64,000 nt of DNA from Polyangiaceae bacterium (GCA_965222375.1 CBDCTZ010000016.1:1280001-1344000); one strand, 5' to 3'. Counted from the first letter of the stretch, positions 46,232-55,924 are shown. Notes: generated from the sequence alone by a model not told the origin. Numbers and translations: made by a program.

Positions 46232-46412
46232 CGGCAGCTTAGACGGGTGATGGCCGCTGCCTAGTCTGTTTGCTGCGAAAATCGAAAAGCGCAATTTGTG
46301 AAAATTCAATGAAAACAGGATCTTAATGGTGAGATCCGCAAGCGTTGCGCCAGAAATCGTCCCCTCGAAGTTGAAAAGCCGAACGTTGCGGGGAAAAACT
46401 CGTCCAATCGGG

Positions 46413-47594
46413 ATGCCGCGCGCCGCCGTTGTCTGTTCCGCCCTGGCTGTCTTGGGTGCCCTGGCTTTTGTTGGTCCGGGGGAGGTGCGCGACGCGCAGG
46501 CCGCGGGCGCCAAGGTGCACAAGGTGGAGAGCGGGCACTCCCTTTGGCGGATCGCTCGGCGCTATGGCGTCACCGTCGATGCCCTGCGGCAGAAGAACGG
46601 ACTGGAGGAGGGCACTCCCATCAGGCCGGGCCAACGGCTGGAGATCCCGAGCAAGAACTACAAAGGGCAGAAAGGCCGCAAGGGCGGGAAGGCCAACAAG
46701 AACGTCAAGCACGCCAGCATCCGCAAGCCACCACCGAGTACGCAGACGCAGAAGAGCGCCAAAGAGCGCGGCGTCAATCCCTGCAACACTCCGGACAAGG
46801 GTTACGGCGTTTACGATCGATGGAGTCGGGCGCCGAGCATGGGTCAGATGATCGCTCCACAGCGCGGCGGTGTGTCTCCCAGTGGGCGCTTCGACGTGAT
46901 GTTTCACTTTCACGGTCACGAGCCAGTCCGCAAGGAGTGGGTGCACGCCATGAATGGCGCTGTGCTGGTCGGCATCGACCTCGGCCTTGGCTCGGGGCCT
47001 TACGGAGCAGCGTTTCGGAACCCACATGCCTTCAAGCGCTTGGTCAAGAGCGTGGAAAAGGCCATGGCCAAGAAGACCGGCAAGAAGAGAGCTCGGGTCC
47101 GGCATGTTGGACTTTCGGCCTGGAGTGCTGGCTACGGCGCGGTTCAAGAGATCATTGGGCAGAAGTACGGCAACAGGCTGGTGGACACCGTCGTACTGTT
47201 GGATGGTTTGCACTCGGGATACTCCGGCAAGTCTCTCAACTCGACCCAGCTCAAGCCCTTCATCAAGTGGACGCGTGCCGCCGTGCGCGGCAGGAAGTTC
47301 TTCTTCGTCAGCCACTCGTCGATCATTCCGCCGGGCTACGCGTCCACGACGGAAACGGCGAATTTCCTGATTTCGAAGGTCGGAGGCAGGGCGCGAAAGA
47401 CCGCTCCCCGAGGCTCTGATCCCATGGGACTGGACTTGATCAGCCGCTACTCGCGCGGGAATTTCCACGTTCGTGGCTACTCCGGAAACGACAAGATGGA
47501 CCACTGCGCGCACATCGGCCTGTATCGAGATGTGCTCAAGGTGCACGTGAAGCGCCGCTGGAACTCGCCCCGCGGTCGCAAGCGGCGGAAGTAG
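46413..47594 (+). CDS. Exported LysM-domain protein with alpha/beta-hydrolase-like C-terminal domain
   Basis: LysM HKVESGHSLWRIARRYGVTVDALRQKNGL...IRPGQRLEIP; HFHG, LSAWSAGYGAV, LLDGLH. Confidence 0.82.
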   Translation: MPRAAVVCSALAVLGALAFVGPGEVRDAQAAGAKVHKVESGHSLWRIARRYGVTVDALRQKNGLEEGTPIRPGQRLEIPSKNYKGQKGRKGGKANKNVKHASIRKPPPSTQTQKSAKERGVNPCNTPDKGYGVYDRWSRAPSMGQMIAPQRGGVSPSGRFDVMFHFHGHEPVRKEWVHAMNGAVLVGIDLGLGSGPYGAAFRNPHAFKRLVKSVEKAMAKKTGKKRARVRHVGLSAWSAGYGAVQEIIGQKYGNRLVDTVVLLDGLHSGYSGKSLNSTQLKPFIKWTRAAVRGRKFFFVSHSSIIPPGYASTTETANFLISKVGGRARKTAPRGSDPMGLDLISRYSRGNFHVRGYSGNDKMDHCAHIGLYRDVLKVHVKRRWNSPRGRKRRK

Positions 47595-47668
47595 CGTGGC
47601 ACGGCTTTTCTGAGAAAAGCCCGCGCCCGCGGTGACGCGTGGCCCGATGGGGCCGTTTACTCTAATTT

Positions 47669-48316
47669 GTGAAGGTGGAGCTCGAGACTCTCGCCGAAGC
47701 GGCGGCTCACGGTGACGCGGCCGCGTGGCACGATTTGTGGACCGAGATCGAGCCGATCATCTGGGGCATCACGGGCAAGTGGCAAATCACGGGTCCGATG
47801 TGCAAGAGCGACGACGACCGGCGCGAAATCGTGGTCCGAGTGATGGAGCGACTGCGCGCGGACCAGCTTCAGCGGCTGCGGGCCGTGACCGCCTCGGGTG
47901 CCTTGGACCGACCAGGGGCGCTACGCGCGTGGGTCACGACCGTGGCCACGCGGGTTGCCATCGACTACGTGCGCTCTCGCCCCGAACACCTCGATCCCCG
48001 CAATCGCGGAGGTGGGCGGCGCTGGGTCGAAGTGTTGGTTGGCGAGGAGGGTTCGCTCCGCGCGCAGACCACGGATCCGGTACGCTTGGCTTCCGCTGAG
48101 CAGATGTTGGACCGTGCCCGTGAGCTGCTGACCCGAGACCAGATGGTGGCTCTTTGGTATTGGCTCGATGGAGGTGACCACGAAGTCATCGCTCATCGAA
48201 TGCGCTTGGCGAACGCCAAGCAGGCCGAAAGACTTTTGCGTGCGGGGCTGAAGCGGCTCCGAGACCGATTTCGACAGGGTGCCGCCCACGCGGCTGCGGA
48301 GGAGACAAAGCCATGA
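47669..48316 (+). CDS. ECF-type RNA polymerase sigma factor
   Basis: GDAAAW, region 2 WVTTVATRVAIDYVR, region 4-like C-terminus; ATGA overlap with anti-sigma. Confidence 0.75.
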   Translation: MKVELETLAEAAAHGDAAAWHDLWTEIEPIIWGITGKWQITGPMCKSDDDRREIVVRVMERLRADQLQRLRAVTASGALDRPGALRAWVTTVATRVAIDYVRSRPEHLDPRNRGGGRRWVEVLVGEEGSLRAQTTDPVRLASAEQMLDRARELLTRDQMVALWYWLDGGDHEVIAHRMRLANAKQAERLLRAGLKRLRDRFRQGAAHAAAEETKP

Positions 48317-49659
48317 ACTGCCCGGACATCGAGCAGCTGCTTGGATCGCCACGGCGCGTGGGCATGGACGAACACGCTGCGAGTTGTGACGCCTGTGGTG
48401 GTGTCTTGGGGCTGTCCGAACTGCGAGACCAGATCGGGGCTCGGACGCCGGAAGCATGCGTGGACGCTGAGATCCTCATCTCCAAGCGAGAGGTCAGCGC
48501 GCTTGCGTCCGATGACAAGCAAAGACTTCAGAATCATCTCGAAGAGTGCGCGGACTGCAACGAACTCGCGGTGCGCATGGGATCGTTGCCGTCGCCGGTT
48601 CGTGAGGTCACGAGCGTGGCTGCCCAGACCGGTGAGTTTCGCCTTGCCACCGCGGAGCAAGGCAGGCGCACTCCGCCGCTGTATTGGTGGTTCGCGGCGG
48701 CGTTGTTCGCGCTATTCACCGGAGTCTTCGGGCTGGCGATGGGTTTCGCCCTGAGCTCCCAGGAGTCGGCGGTGGCAGCGGCGCCGCCACAAGGTGGGAC
48801 GGCAGCGCCAAGCCCTGGGGGTGCGGCGCCCCAGGCTCCGCCCGTCGTGACGCCTTTCGGCGTGCTTCCGCTTCCTGGCGGGGCGGCGCAGCCGAGCCCC
48901 AGCGCTGGTGCGAGCACGGACGACGACTCGGATCCGGTTTCACCGGCGTTGAATCCCTTCGGGCTAGCTACGCCGCCATCGACGTCTAAGCAGGCGAACG
49001 GCTTCTTGACCATCATGTGCGCCCCGGTGTGCGACAAGATCGTCGTGGCGGGGCGTGACCTAGGACCGTCACCGCAGGTCCGGCGGCCGCTGCCGACGGG
49101 ACGGCACAAGGTTGTCTTGAAGCGTGGGAGCTTCACGAAGTCGATCAACGTCACGATTGTCGAAAACACGACCACAGCGCGTCGGGTTGACATGACCGGA
49201 CCGGGAGCCGAGGACGCTGCCGATGGGAAAGCGTTCGGCTATCTTAACGTCAATTGCAACCCCGCGTGCACCAAGGTCTACGTAGATGGCAAGTCACTTG
49301 GACCGAGTCCGATAGTGCGCCGCAAGTTGTCGGCCGGCAAGCACGTCATCGCACTGTGGCGGCTCACTGAGCTCGCGAACAAGAGGGTCACGATTCACAA
49401 GGGGCAAACGAGGACCGTCATTCACCGTTGGACGTCCAAACCGTCCTGCAGTCCGCCCTACTTGGTGGACCAGAACGGACTGAAGCGCATCAAGCCGGAG
49501 TGCATGAGTGGCAAGAGCGGAGTCGGGGACCGCGCTTTGATCACAGCCCACAAGAACCGGTTGAAGGCCCGAGTCGCAGCCGGCAAAGCCTCGAAGCAGG
49601 ACAAAGCCATGCTCCGCGCACTCTGCCGTCAACTCGCCGACGCCTCCTGCACAAACTGA
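48313..49659 (+). CDS. Zinc anti-sigma factor (two HxxxCxxC motifs) with TM helix and two PEGA-like domains
   Basis: HAASCDAC and HLEECADC; TM; GFLTIMCAP..LGPSP..LPTGRHKV and GYLNVNCNP..VYVDG..LSAGKHVI. Confidence 0.8.
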   Translation: MNCPDIEQLLGSPRRVGMDEHAASCDACGGVLGLSELRDQIGARTPEACVDAEILISKREVSALASDDKQRLQNHLEECADCNELAVRMGSLPSPVREVTSVAAQTGEFRLATAEQGRRTPPLYWWFAAALFALFTGVFGLAMGFALSSQESAVAAAPPQGGTAAPSPGGAAPQAPPVVTPFGVLPLPGGAAQPSPSAGASTDDDSDPVSPALNPFGLATPPSTSKQANGFLTIMCAPVCDKIVVAGRDLGPSPQVRRPLPTGRHKVVLKRGSFTKSINVTIVENTTTARRVDMTGPGAEDAADGKAFGYLNVNCNPACTKVYVDGKSLGPSPIVRRKLSAGKHVIALWRLTELANKRVTIHKGQTRTVIHRWTSKPSCSPPYLVDQNGLKRIKPECMSGKSGVGDRALITAHKNRLKARVAAGKASKQDKAMLRALCRQLADASCTN

Positions 49660-49849
49660 GCGCCACCGGTGATCCGAAGTGCACGAGACAGAACTTGAGC
49701 CGTTGGCAGACAATCTGCACACCCGCGCCCCTCCCGATCTAGGGCCGAGCCGCTTCGCACGATGAGGCCTGAGTCCTACGACCCAAGAGCGTGTTCACCG
49801 CCAGACAACGGCGCCACCGGTGATCCGAAGTGCACGAGACAGGACTTGA
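49660..49849. repeat. 39-bp direct repeat (38/39 identical) containing the tRNA-Leu 3' end; att-like scar
   Basis: GCGCCACCGGTGATCCGAAGTGCACGAGACAG(A/G)ACTTGA at 49660-49698 and 49811-49849. Confidence 0.9.
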
Positions 49850-49912
49850 ACCTGTACGGGTCTCCCCACCGGAACCTAAATCCGGCGCGTCTGCCAATTC
49901 CGCCACTCGTGC
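49831..49912 (-). tRNA. tRNA-Leu (anticodon TAG), CCA not encoded
   Basis: GCACGAG acceptor stem, D loop GGAATTGGCAGAC, anticodon arm CCGGA-TTTAGGT-TCCGG, long variable arm, T arm ACAGG-TTCAAGT-CCTGT. Confidence 0.97.
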
Positions 49913-49999
49913 GTGGGAGCGGGAAGGCTAGTCATTTCGCTGCGGATTTCAACGTCAATGCGCAACTCAGGCGGATTGCTTGGTCGGTCGCGCGTGGGA

Positions 50000-51949
50000 C
50001 TATTGCTCGCCCAGGGCCGCCCTAAGCTTCTTGGACAGGGCTGCGAGCTCGTAGGGTTTTTGGAGGAAGCCGGCCAGGCCGGAGTGTCGGAACTGCCGCG
50101 TGGATTCGGGTTCGCCGTAGCCACTGGATAGGATCACCGGAACATCACTGATCTTGCGGATCTCCGCATAGGCTTCTTCGCCACCCATCTGCGGCATTTT
50201 GAGGTCGAGAATGACGCACGCGATTGCCTCCGCTTGTTCTCGGAAGACGTTAACTGCCTCCTGCCCGCCCGACGCTGTCAACACCGAGAACCCGAGCCGC
50301 TTCAACATACGCTTTGCGATATTCCGAACGGCTTCCTCATCGTCCACCAACAAGATCGTGCCGCTGCCGCGCCACTCTGCGGTCGGGTTGCTCGAGCCGT
50401 GCCCTTCAGGCGCCGAGTGGCCCAAAGCTGGAAGTAGAACGCGAAACGTAGTGCCCTGGCCCAACTCGCTATCCACGAGGATTGCGCCGCCGTGTCCGCG
50501 TACGATGCCCTCCACTGCGGCAAGCCCCAACCCGCGCCCCGTGAACTTTGTAGTGAAAAAGGGTTCAAAGACCCTCGCCCGCGTCGCCGCGTCCATTCCG
50601 ACGCCGTTGTCCCTGACCTCGACGACGACGTAGCGACCCGCCGGCAGGTCCGCTACGAGCTTGGCGGCGTCGGGACTGTCGGGTTCCCAGTCCAGCGTAG
50701 ACGTGCCAAGTCGAATTGCACCCGCACCCTCGTCGATGGCATCGGCTGCATTGGTGACCAAGTTCAATGCGATCTGCCGCAGCTGAGTCGCATCCGCTCG
50801 AACCCTCGGCAGGCCTTCCGCCAATTCGTACTTCAGTTCGGCTTTTCTCGAGATGGCGCTGGCGAGCAGGCCCGACATGTCGCGCACGAGTGCGTTCACG
50901 TTGATCTCTTCGACCACGAAGCTGCCCTTGCCCGAGTAGGCGAGCATCTGATTGGTGAGATCCGCCGCGCGGCGGCTGGCCTTCCGAATCTCGAGGATGT
51001 ACGGCCGAACCGGTGAATGAGCGGGCAGCTCGATCAGAGCGAGATCCGCGTTGCCGAGTAGCCCGGTCAGGATGTTGTTGAAGTCGTGGGCGACGCCACC
51101 CGCGAGGATACTCAAGCTTTCGAGCTTCTGTGCCTGTTGGATGTGTCCTTCTAGCTTGCGGCGCTCGTCTTCGGCCCGCCTGCGATCCGTGATGTCTCGC
51201 ACGATGGCGAAGAACTGATCGTCGAGAATCGGAATCACCCGCGCCTCGAAGAAACGCTCACCCGTTGGCAAGGGAAGCGAGTAGTCCATAGAAAACACCG
51301 CGCGCTCCGCGGCTTGCATGGCGCCCTTCTCGAACTGCTCCGCGACGTGGGGCGGAAGCACGTCTTGCATGCGTCTGCCCAAGAACTTGTCTGGCGTCGT
51401 GAATAGATCGGAGCTTCGCCCTGCAATGAAGTCCAAGATGGTCCCGTCGGCGCCAACTCGGAAGCTCAAGTCCGGATAAGCACGGAAGAGCGCTTCCATC
51501 TCGGCGTTTTTCTGCCGGAGGGCTTCTTCCGTGCGCTTGCGGTCGGTGATCTCCCGCGAAACGCCCAGCACGCTGGACACTTTGCCGTCGGTACCCATCT
51601 CGGGGTGCAGCTTCAATTCAAAGAAGATGTGCCGGCCAGAGAGCTCGATGTCGAAGTCGAGGCTGCTTTCCTCCTTCGTCACGAACACCTTCTCGATGGC
51701 GCTTTCCCAAAGCTCGCATAGGCCTTCCGGGAACCCCATCTCACGGTGGGTCTTGCCAATGAATTGGTCCGCGCTCATGCTGGTCACTTTTTGAGTGGCG
51801 CGATTGACGTAGGTATGACGCCCACCGCGGGCGAAGCGCAGAATTGGATCGGAAGCGTTCTCTGCAGTGGCGTACGCTTCCGCGAGCTCCCGTTGCGCAG
51901 CATCGAGTTGCTCCAGGAGCTGCTCTTTCGTCAGTTCGTCGTTAGCCAT
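50000..51949 (-). CDS. Cytoplasmic PAS-PAS hybrid histidine kinase (HisKA-HATPase-REC)
   Basis: Two PAS domains ending EITDRK / DITDRR; HDFNNIL, NLVTNA, DNGVGM, FFTTK, GRGLGL; LLVDDE. Confidence 0.94.
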   Translation of the reverse strand: MANDELTKEQLLEQLDAAQRELAEAYATAENASDPILRFARGGRHTYVNRATQKVTSMSADQFIGKTHREMGFPEGLCELWESAIEKVFVTKEESSLDFDIELSGRHIFFELKLHPEMGTDGKVSSVLGVSREITDRKRTEEALRQKNAEMEALFRAYPDLSFRVGADGTILDFIAGRSSDLFTTPDKFLGRRMQDVLPPHVAEQFEKGAMQAAERAVFSMDYSLPLPTGERFFEARVIPILDDQFFAIVRDITDRRRAEDERRKLEGHIQQAQKLESLSILAGGVAHDFNNILTGLLGNADLALIELPAHSPVRPYILEIRKASRRAADLTNQMLAYSGKGSFVVEEINVNALVRDMSGLLASAISRKAELKYELAEGLPRVRADATQLRQIALNLVTNAADAIDEGAGAIRLGTSTLDWEPDSPDAAKLVADLPAGRYVVVEVRDNGVGMDAATRARVFEPFFTTKFTGRGLGLAAVEGIVRGHGGAILVDSELGQGTTFRVLLPALGHSAPEGHGSSNPTAEWRGSGTILLVDDEEAVRNIAKRMLKRLGFSVLTASGGQEAVNVFREQAEAIACVILDLKMPQMGGEEAYAEIRKISDVPVILSSGYGEPESTRQFRHSGLAGFLQKPYELAALSKKLRAALGEQ

Positions 51950-52097
51950 CTTTGACCGTACTCTCAAGCGTATCAAAAACCTCTATTAGCGTCCGGGTTT
52001 CCCCTTGCCACGGAGGCCGAAACCTATGCCCGTCGCTGAGCTCTAGTCTCCGCCGGCGGTCCTGGTTATTGATCGTGCCTCAGCGGGAGAACGCAAG

Positions 52098-52643
52098 ATG
52101 GACCGTGCCGAAAAGCTGCGACTGTATGAAAAGCTCATAGCAACGAACAAGCGCGCCGAGCGCAAGGGCGCAACCATGCCCTACACGTCTGCAAACGGGA
52201 ACATGTTCAGCTTCCTGCCGAAGACAGGTCGGGTTGCACTGCGCCTACCTACCGCGGAGCGCGAGGCCTTCCTCAAGAAGTACCGCACCAAACTCAGCGT
52301 TCAGTATGGGGCGGTGATGAAGGAGTACGTCGAGGTCCCGGATAGCCTGCTCAAGAAAACGTCAGAACTCGCCAAGTTCTTTGCACTCAGTGTGTCGTAT
52401 GCGCATGAGCTGAAGTCAAAGTCCACGACTCGAAAGAAGAAGGCGACCAAAGCGGCCGGCGGCAAGCGCGGTGCAGAGAAGAAACCGGCGAAGAAGACAG
52501 CCGCAAATAGACCCAAACGGAAAGCCGCTGCCGGACCCAGACGGAAGGCGACTAAAGCTGGAGCCTCCAAGAGAGGATCAGCCAAGGCGGTCGCGAAGAA
52601 GCGGACTCGGAAGAAGACAACGCGAAAGACGGCGAGGTCGTAA
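52098..52643 (+). CDS. Hypothetical protein (TfoX-N-like) with Lys/Arg-rich tail
   Basis: MPYTSANGNMFSFL...GAVMKEYVEVPDSLL; about 75-aa basic tail; GGGAG RBS. Confidence 0.7.
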   Translation: MDRAEKLRLYEKLIATNKRAERKGATMPYTSANGNMFSFLPKTGRVALRLPTAEREAFLKKYRTKLSVQYGAVMKEYVEVPDSLLKKTSELAKFFALSVSYAHELKSKSTTRKKKATKAAGGKRGAEKKPAKKTAANRPKRKAAAGPRRKATKAGASKRGSAKAVAKKRTRKKTTRKTARS

Positions 52644-52650
52644 ACTCCCG

Positions 52651-53187
52651 TCAGCCCGAACTGCAGCGACCACCCGTGCAGCTGACGCTGCAGTCGGCGG
52701 GTCGGGCGCACTTCGTGGCGCAAGAACCGCCTGTGCAGTTCACGTTGCACTTCGCGCCGTCCGCGCAGTCGCTTCGACAATTGCCACCGCTGCAGTCTTG
52801 GGCGCAGGTTGCACCTGGCGCGCAGTCAACACGGCAATTGCCGCCGGTACATGACAGAGAGCAGCGCGAACCCGCCTCACAAATGTATTCGCAGTTTCCG
52901 CCCGCGCAGCTGTCGTTGCAGGTTTGGTTCGCCGCGCAGCGGAGTTTGCAGTTGCCGGCCGGGCAACCGCTTCCGCCGCCGGCCACTACGCTGACGCTGG
53001 ACGCGCCCTGCGCGTTGGACCCTGGTGGCGGCGCGTTGGCGTTGCCCTGGGCATTGCCACGGGCTCGCGCGTTGGCACTGCTTTGCATGCCAGCGTCTCC
53101 TGCTGCGTGAACGGTGCAGCCGATGGCTATCAGGGCTGCACCGCTGAGGACTGCATAAGAAACGATGGAGTTTGTTCTTGGCATCAT
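52651..53187 (-). CDS. Lipoprotein with periodic CxGGxCxxxC repeats
   Basis: Lipobox IAIGC; 19-aa period CAGGNCEYICEAGSRCSLS. Confidence 0.8.
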   Translation of the reverse strand: MMPRTNSIVSYAVLSGAALIAIGCTVHAAGDAGMQSSANARARGNAQGNANAPPPGSNAQGASSVSVVAGGGSGCPAGNCKLRCAANQTCNDSCAGGNCEYICEAGSRCSLSCTGGNCRVDCAPGATCAQDCSGGNCRSDCADGAKCNVNCTGGSCATKCARPADCSVSCTGGRCSSG

Positions 53188-53391
53188 GACCAGAGTACTG
53201 TGCATCCTCCGTGCCGCCATCGAAAGTGGAAAAATGCCGCCGCCGAGGGGTAGTAGTCGTGCAGGTTTTGGTAGGGGAGTCCCCTCCATCTGGTCGGCTT
53301 TGCTCCACATCTGCGCGGGCCTAGGCACGTGCATTATCGCAGCTCGGGACCGGGATAATGCGTCTACGGACGCAGGTCTTCGCGCGCTAGC

Positions 53392-54186
53392 ATGACCACC
53401 ATGTCCGATAAGCTAACGGTCCGGACCGAGGATCATACCTTGGTCATGGCGTTCAACCGACCCGAGAAAAAGAACGCCGTAGACATCGACATGCTGAGCG
53501 CTCTGTCCGCGGCATACACTCGACTGGACCAGGACCCGGCGCTTCGCGTTGGCGTGCTGTACGGAGAGGGCAGCGTGTTTACTGCGGGGCTGGACCTGGC
53601 CTCGGCTCTGCCTCGTATGGCGGCGGAAGGCCCCAGCGCCTTTTTGGCGGAGGGGCACGTGGATCCCTTCGGGCTTTTTGCGGCTCCCTGCAAGAAGCCC
53701 GTGATTGTCGGGGTGCATGGTCGCTGTTACACGGCGGGGCTCGAACTAACCCTAGCCGCAGACATGTGTGTCGCGGCAGCAGGTACAGTTTTTGGCCAGA
53801 TGGAAGTCCGGCGCGGGATCTTCCCCTTCGGTGGGGCGACCTTACGCTTGCCGGAAGCGATCGGTTGGCACAACGCGATGCGCTACATGCTGGCCGGAGA
53901 CACCTTCAGCGCGGAAGAAGGCGTGCAGATGGGCCTCGTTCAGGTCTTGGCAGCGGAGGGAGAACACCTTCAGCAAGCGCTTAGCGTTGCCCAGCGGGTC
54001 GCGGACAACGCACCGCTGGCGATTCAAGCTTGCCTTGCGAACGCGCGGTTGGCGAAAAGTGAAGGCAGCGCTGCAGCGGTGGTGGACATCCAGGAGACTG
54101 GGCGTGTGATTGCGATGACCGAAGACGCGCGTGAAGGCGTCCTGTCTCTGGTGGAAAAACGCGCGCCGAGGTTCTCCGGGAACTGA
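53392..54186 (+). CDS. Enoyl-CoA hydratase/crotonase family protein
   Basis: FNRPEKKNA, FTAGLDL, KPVIVGVHG, GLEL, EVRRGIFPFGG, EDAREG. Confidence 0.92.
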   Translation: MTTMSDKLTVRTEDHTLVMAFNRPEKKNAVDIDMLSALSAAYTRLDQDPALRVGVLYGEGSVFTAGLDLASALPRMAAEGPSAFLAEGHVDPFGLFAAPCKKPVIVGVHGRCYTAGLELTLAADMCVAAAGTVFGQMEVRRGIFPFGGATLRLPEAIGWHNAMRYMLAGDTFSAEEGVQMGLVQVLAAEGEHLQQALSVAQRVADNAPLAIQACLANARLAKSEGSAAAVVDIQETGRVIAMTEDAREGVLSLVEKRAPRFSGN

Positions 54187-54233
54187 GCGGGCACCTCCCG
54201 GTGCTCGTCGTTTTTCTCCTACTGCCCTTTCGG

Positions 54234-54494
54234 TTACGCTTCGTAGTCGTCTTCTGCGATGACCGTTTCCAGCACGCCTACCAGTGCTTCCTTGGTCTTA
54301 GGCCCGGCCTTGCCGTCCACATCCAGGCCGTGCTCGCCTTGGAACTCCTTGACGCCGGCTTGGGTTGCGGGCCCGTCGATCCCGTCCTCTTTACCCGCCT
54401 CATAGCCAAGAGCGTTGAGAGCTCTTTGCACACCGAGGATGGTGTCGAGGTTGATTTGACCGAACTTTTCTGAGCTGTGAGCGAATTGAGCCAT
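54234..54494 (-). CDS. Small peptidoglycan-binding (PG_binding_1) domain protein
   Basis: VQRALNALGY..GKEDGIDGPATQAGVKEFQ..HGLDVDGKAGPKT. Confidence 0.88.
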   Translation of the reverse strand: MAQFAHSSEKFGQINLDTILGVQRALNALGYEAGKEDGIDGPATQAGVKEFQGEHGLDVDGKAGPKTKEALVGVLETVIAEDDYEA

Positions 54495-54643
54495 GATGGT
54501 CCTCGGGATTGATGGGGCGCGTGGGTGATTCCACGTCCGCGCCAGATATTCCGGAAAGCGCCCGCGGACAACGAGCCAATCGAGCTTTCTGGGGCCGACT
54601 GGGGGGTAGGCCTCTGAGAGCCGAAAAAGCGACTCCCGCGCCC

Positions 54644-54686
54644 TTGACCTATCACTCGATAGACTTAAACTATCGAGTGATAGGTC
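54644..54686 (+). promoter_or_regulatory. Sigma70-type promoter overlapped by a double TetR-type operator
   Basis: TTGACC-N16-TAAACT; perfect 17-bp inverted repeat GACCTATCACTCGATAG-N7-CTATCGAGTGATAGGTC, each arm itself CTATC-N4-GATAG. Confidence 0.85.
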
Positions 54687-54698
54687 GGAGGCGAATTG

Positions 54699-54980
54699 AT
54701 GTCGAATTCAGCAAAGAACGGCCCGGTCTCTAGGATGCCGATCCGAGCCTGGCTCGTACTGGCAGGGGCATGGCTTTTGGTGACTTTTCAGGTGATTGGC
54801 GGGGGACTGCTGGGAGTCGGCTTCATCCCCTTGGCGCCAGTGGTTTTGTTTGGCGGGGCGTGCCTGCTGTCTTCAGCGCATCAATACGCCGCGAACGCGT
54901 CACTTGCGGCTCCAGCGGAGGCGCTGGAAAAGGAACGCCGTGCCACCACCCTCAGCGCTCAGATCTCGCCAGCCGAATGA
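54699..54980 (+). CDS. Small membrane protein (two TM helices)
   Basis: GGAGG RBS at 54687; hydrophobic core; overlaps downstream TetR gene. Confidence 0.7.
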   Translation: MSNSAKNGPVSRMPIRAWLVLAGAWLLVTFQVIGGGLLGVGFIPLAPVVLFGGACLLSSAHQYAANASLAAPAEALEKERRATTLSAQISPAE

Positions 54981-55596
54981 GCCGAAGCACGTCCCGGCGC
55001 GTCACGAGGAGGTGTTGGAAACCGCTCTCAATCTGATTGCGGAGCGTGGCGTCGCCGGTGCGTCACTGCGTACCCTCGCAAAGCAGTTGGGCATGAGCCA
55101 ACCCAGCCTGTACCACTATTTCCGCAGCAAGCAGGACCTGGTTTCTCAGATCGTCGAATACTGCACGGACAAGATGCTCCAGGTTCCTCCTCCGGAGCGG
55201 CCCTTGAACCGAGTGGAAGAGCTTCCCAGATTCGTCATGGAGGTTGTGTCCGAGCTTTGGGCAACGGAACGGCACCCGAAATTCGTTCGCTTCATGTTTG
55301 TCGTCGCCATCGAAAGCCCAGAGCATCGGGACGTGATCCGACGCACATTCGAAGATAGGTTGTACCCGGGCTTTTCTGCCATTGCCGGTGCGTTTTCATG
55401 CAATGAAGAGGAGCGCCGGGAACTCCAGGGGATCGTTTGGATGATCGTCTACAGTTTGAGCCTGGCACTCATGGAGCGTCGCGCCCTCTTCTACTCCACG
55501 GGTCACGAACCCGAAATCGCGGACCAGGCAGAGTGGATCGTTGCGGCGGCAGAAACCCTCCTGCGCGAGCGCGTGCTGGCGAAGCGGGCGCGGTAG
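54940..55596 (+). CDS. TetR/AcrR family transcriptional regulator
   Basis: VLETALNLIAERGVAGASLRTLAKQLGMSQPSLYHYFRSKQDL; GTG start after AAGGA. Confidence 0.92.
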   Translation: MPPPSALRSRQPNEPKHVPARHEEVLETALNLIAERGVAGASLRTLAKQLGMSQPSLYHYFRSKQDLVSQIVEYCTDKMLQVPPPERPLNRVEELPRFVMEVVSELWATERHPKFVRFMFVVAIESPEHRDVIRRTFEDRLYPGFSAIAGAFSCNEEERRELQGIVWMIVYSLSLALMERRALFYSTGHEPEIADQAEWIVAAAETLLRERVLAKRAR

Positions 55597-55630
55597 CCAC
55601 GTGCGACATTCGGCTAAGACCGACGCGCGA

Positions 55631-55924
55631 GTGAATCGACCGGTTGCCGGCGGCAAGGCGCCGGGCGTCGACCTTCGCACCGCGCTTGGTGCTTCAGGGT
55701 CCCTGGTGGTGGATTCCGCCAACGCCTACTTCGCCAACCGTGCAGCGAAGACGATCTCGAGAATCCCCAAAGCCGGTGGAAGTCCAACCGTGGTGGTCGA
55801 TCTGCCCAAGAGCACCAAGTATGAACCTGGAGACTTTGACGTTGACGCGAGCCATGTGTTCTTCGCCGCCATGGCCTCGAATGGTGCACCCCTGGCGGAT
55901 TTGATCCAGCGCGCCCCCAAGTGA
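55631..55924 (+). pseudogene. C-terminal fragment of a beta-propeller (DUF5050-like) lipoprotein gene
   Basis: LVVDSANAYFAN...ISRIPKAGGSPTVV...DVDASHVFF...IQRAPK*; same repeat style as 59810..61117 but no signal peptide. Confidence 0.6.

Noticed and set aside
49660..49849. Intact prophage or genomic island at tRNA-Leu
   Set aside because: Only 112 bp between the repeats; no integrase or phage genes in the window.
53331..53361. Inverted repeat GCATTATC-N15-GATAATGC upstream of the enoyl-CoA hydratase
   Set aside because: Single 8-bp repeat with no linked regulator; too weak to call an operator.
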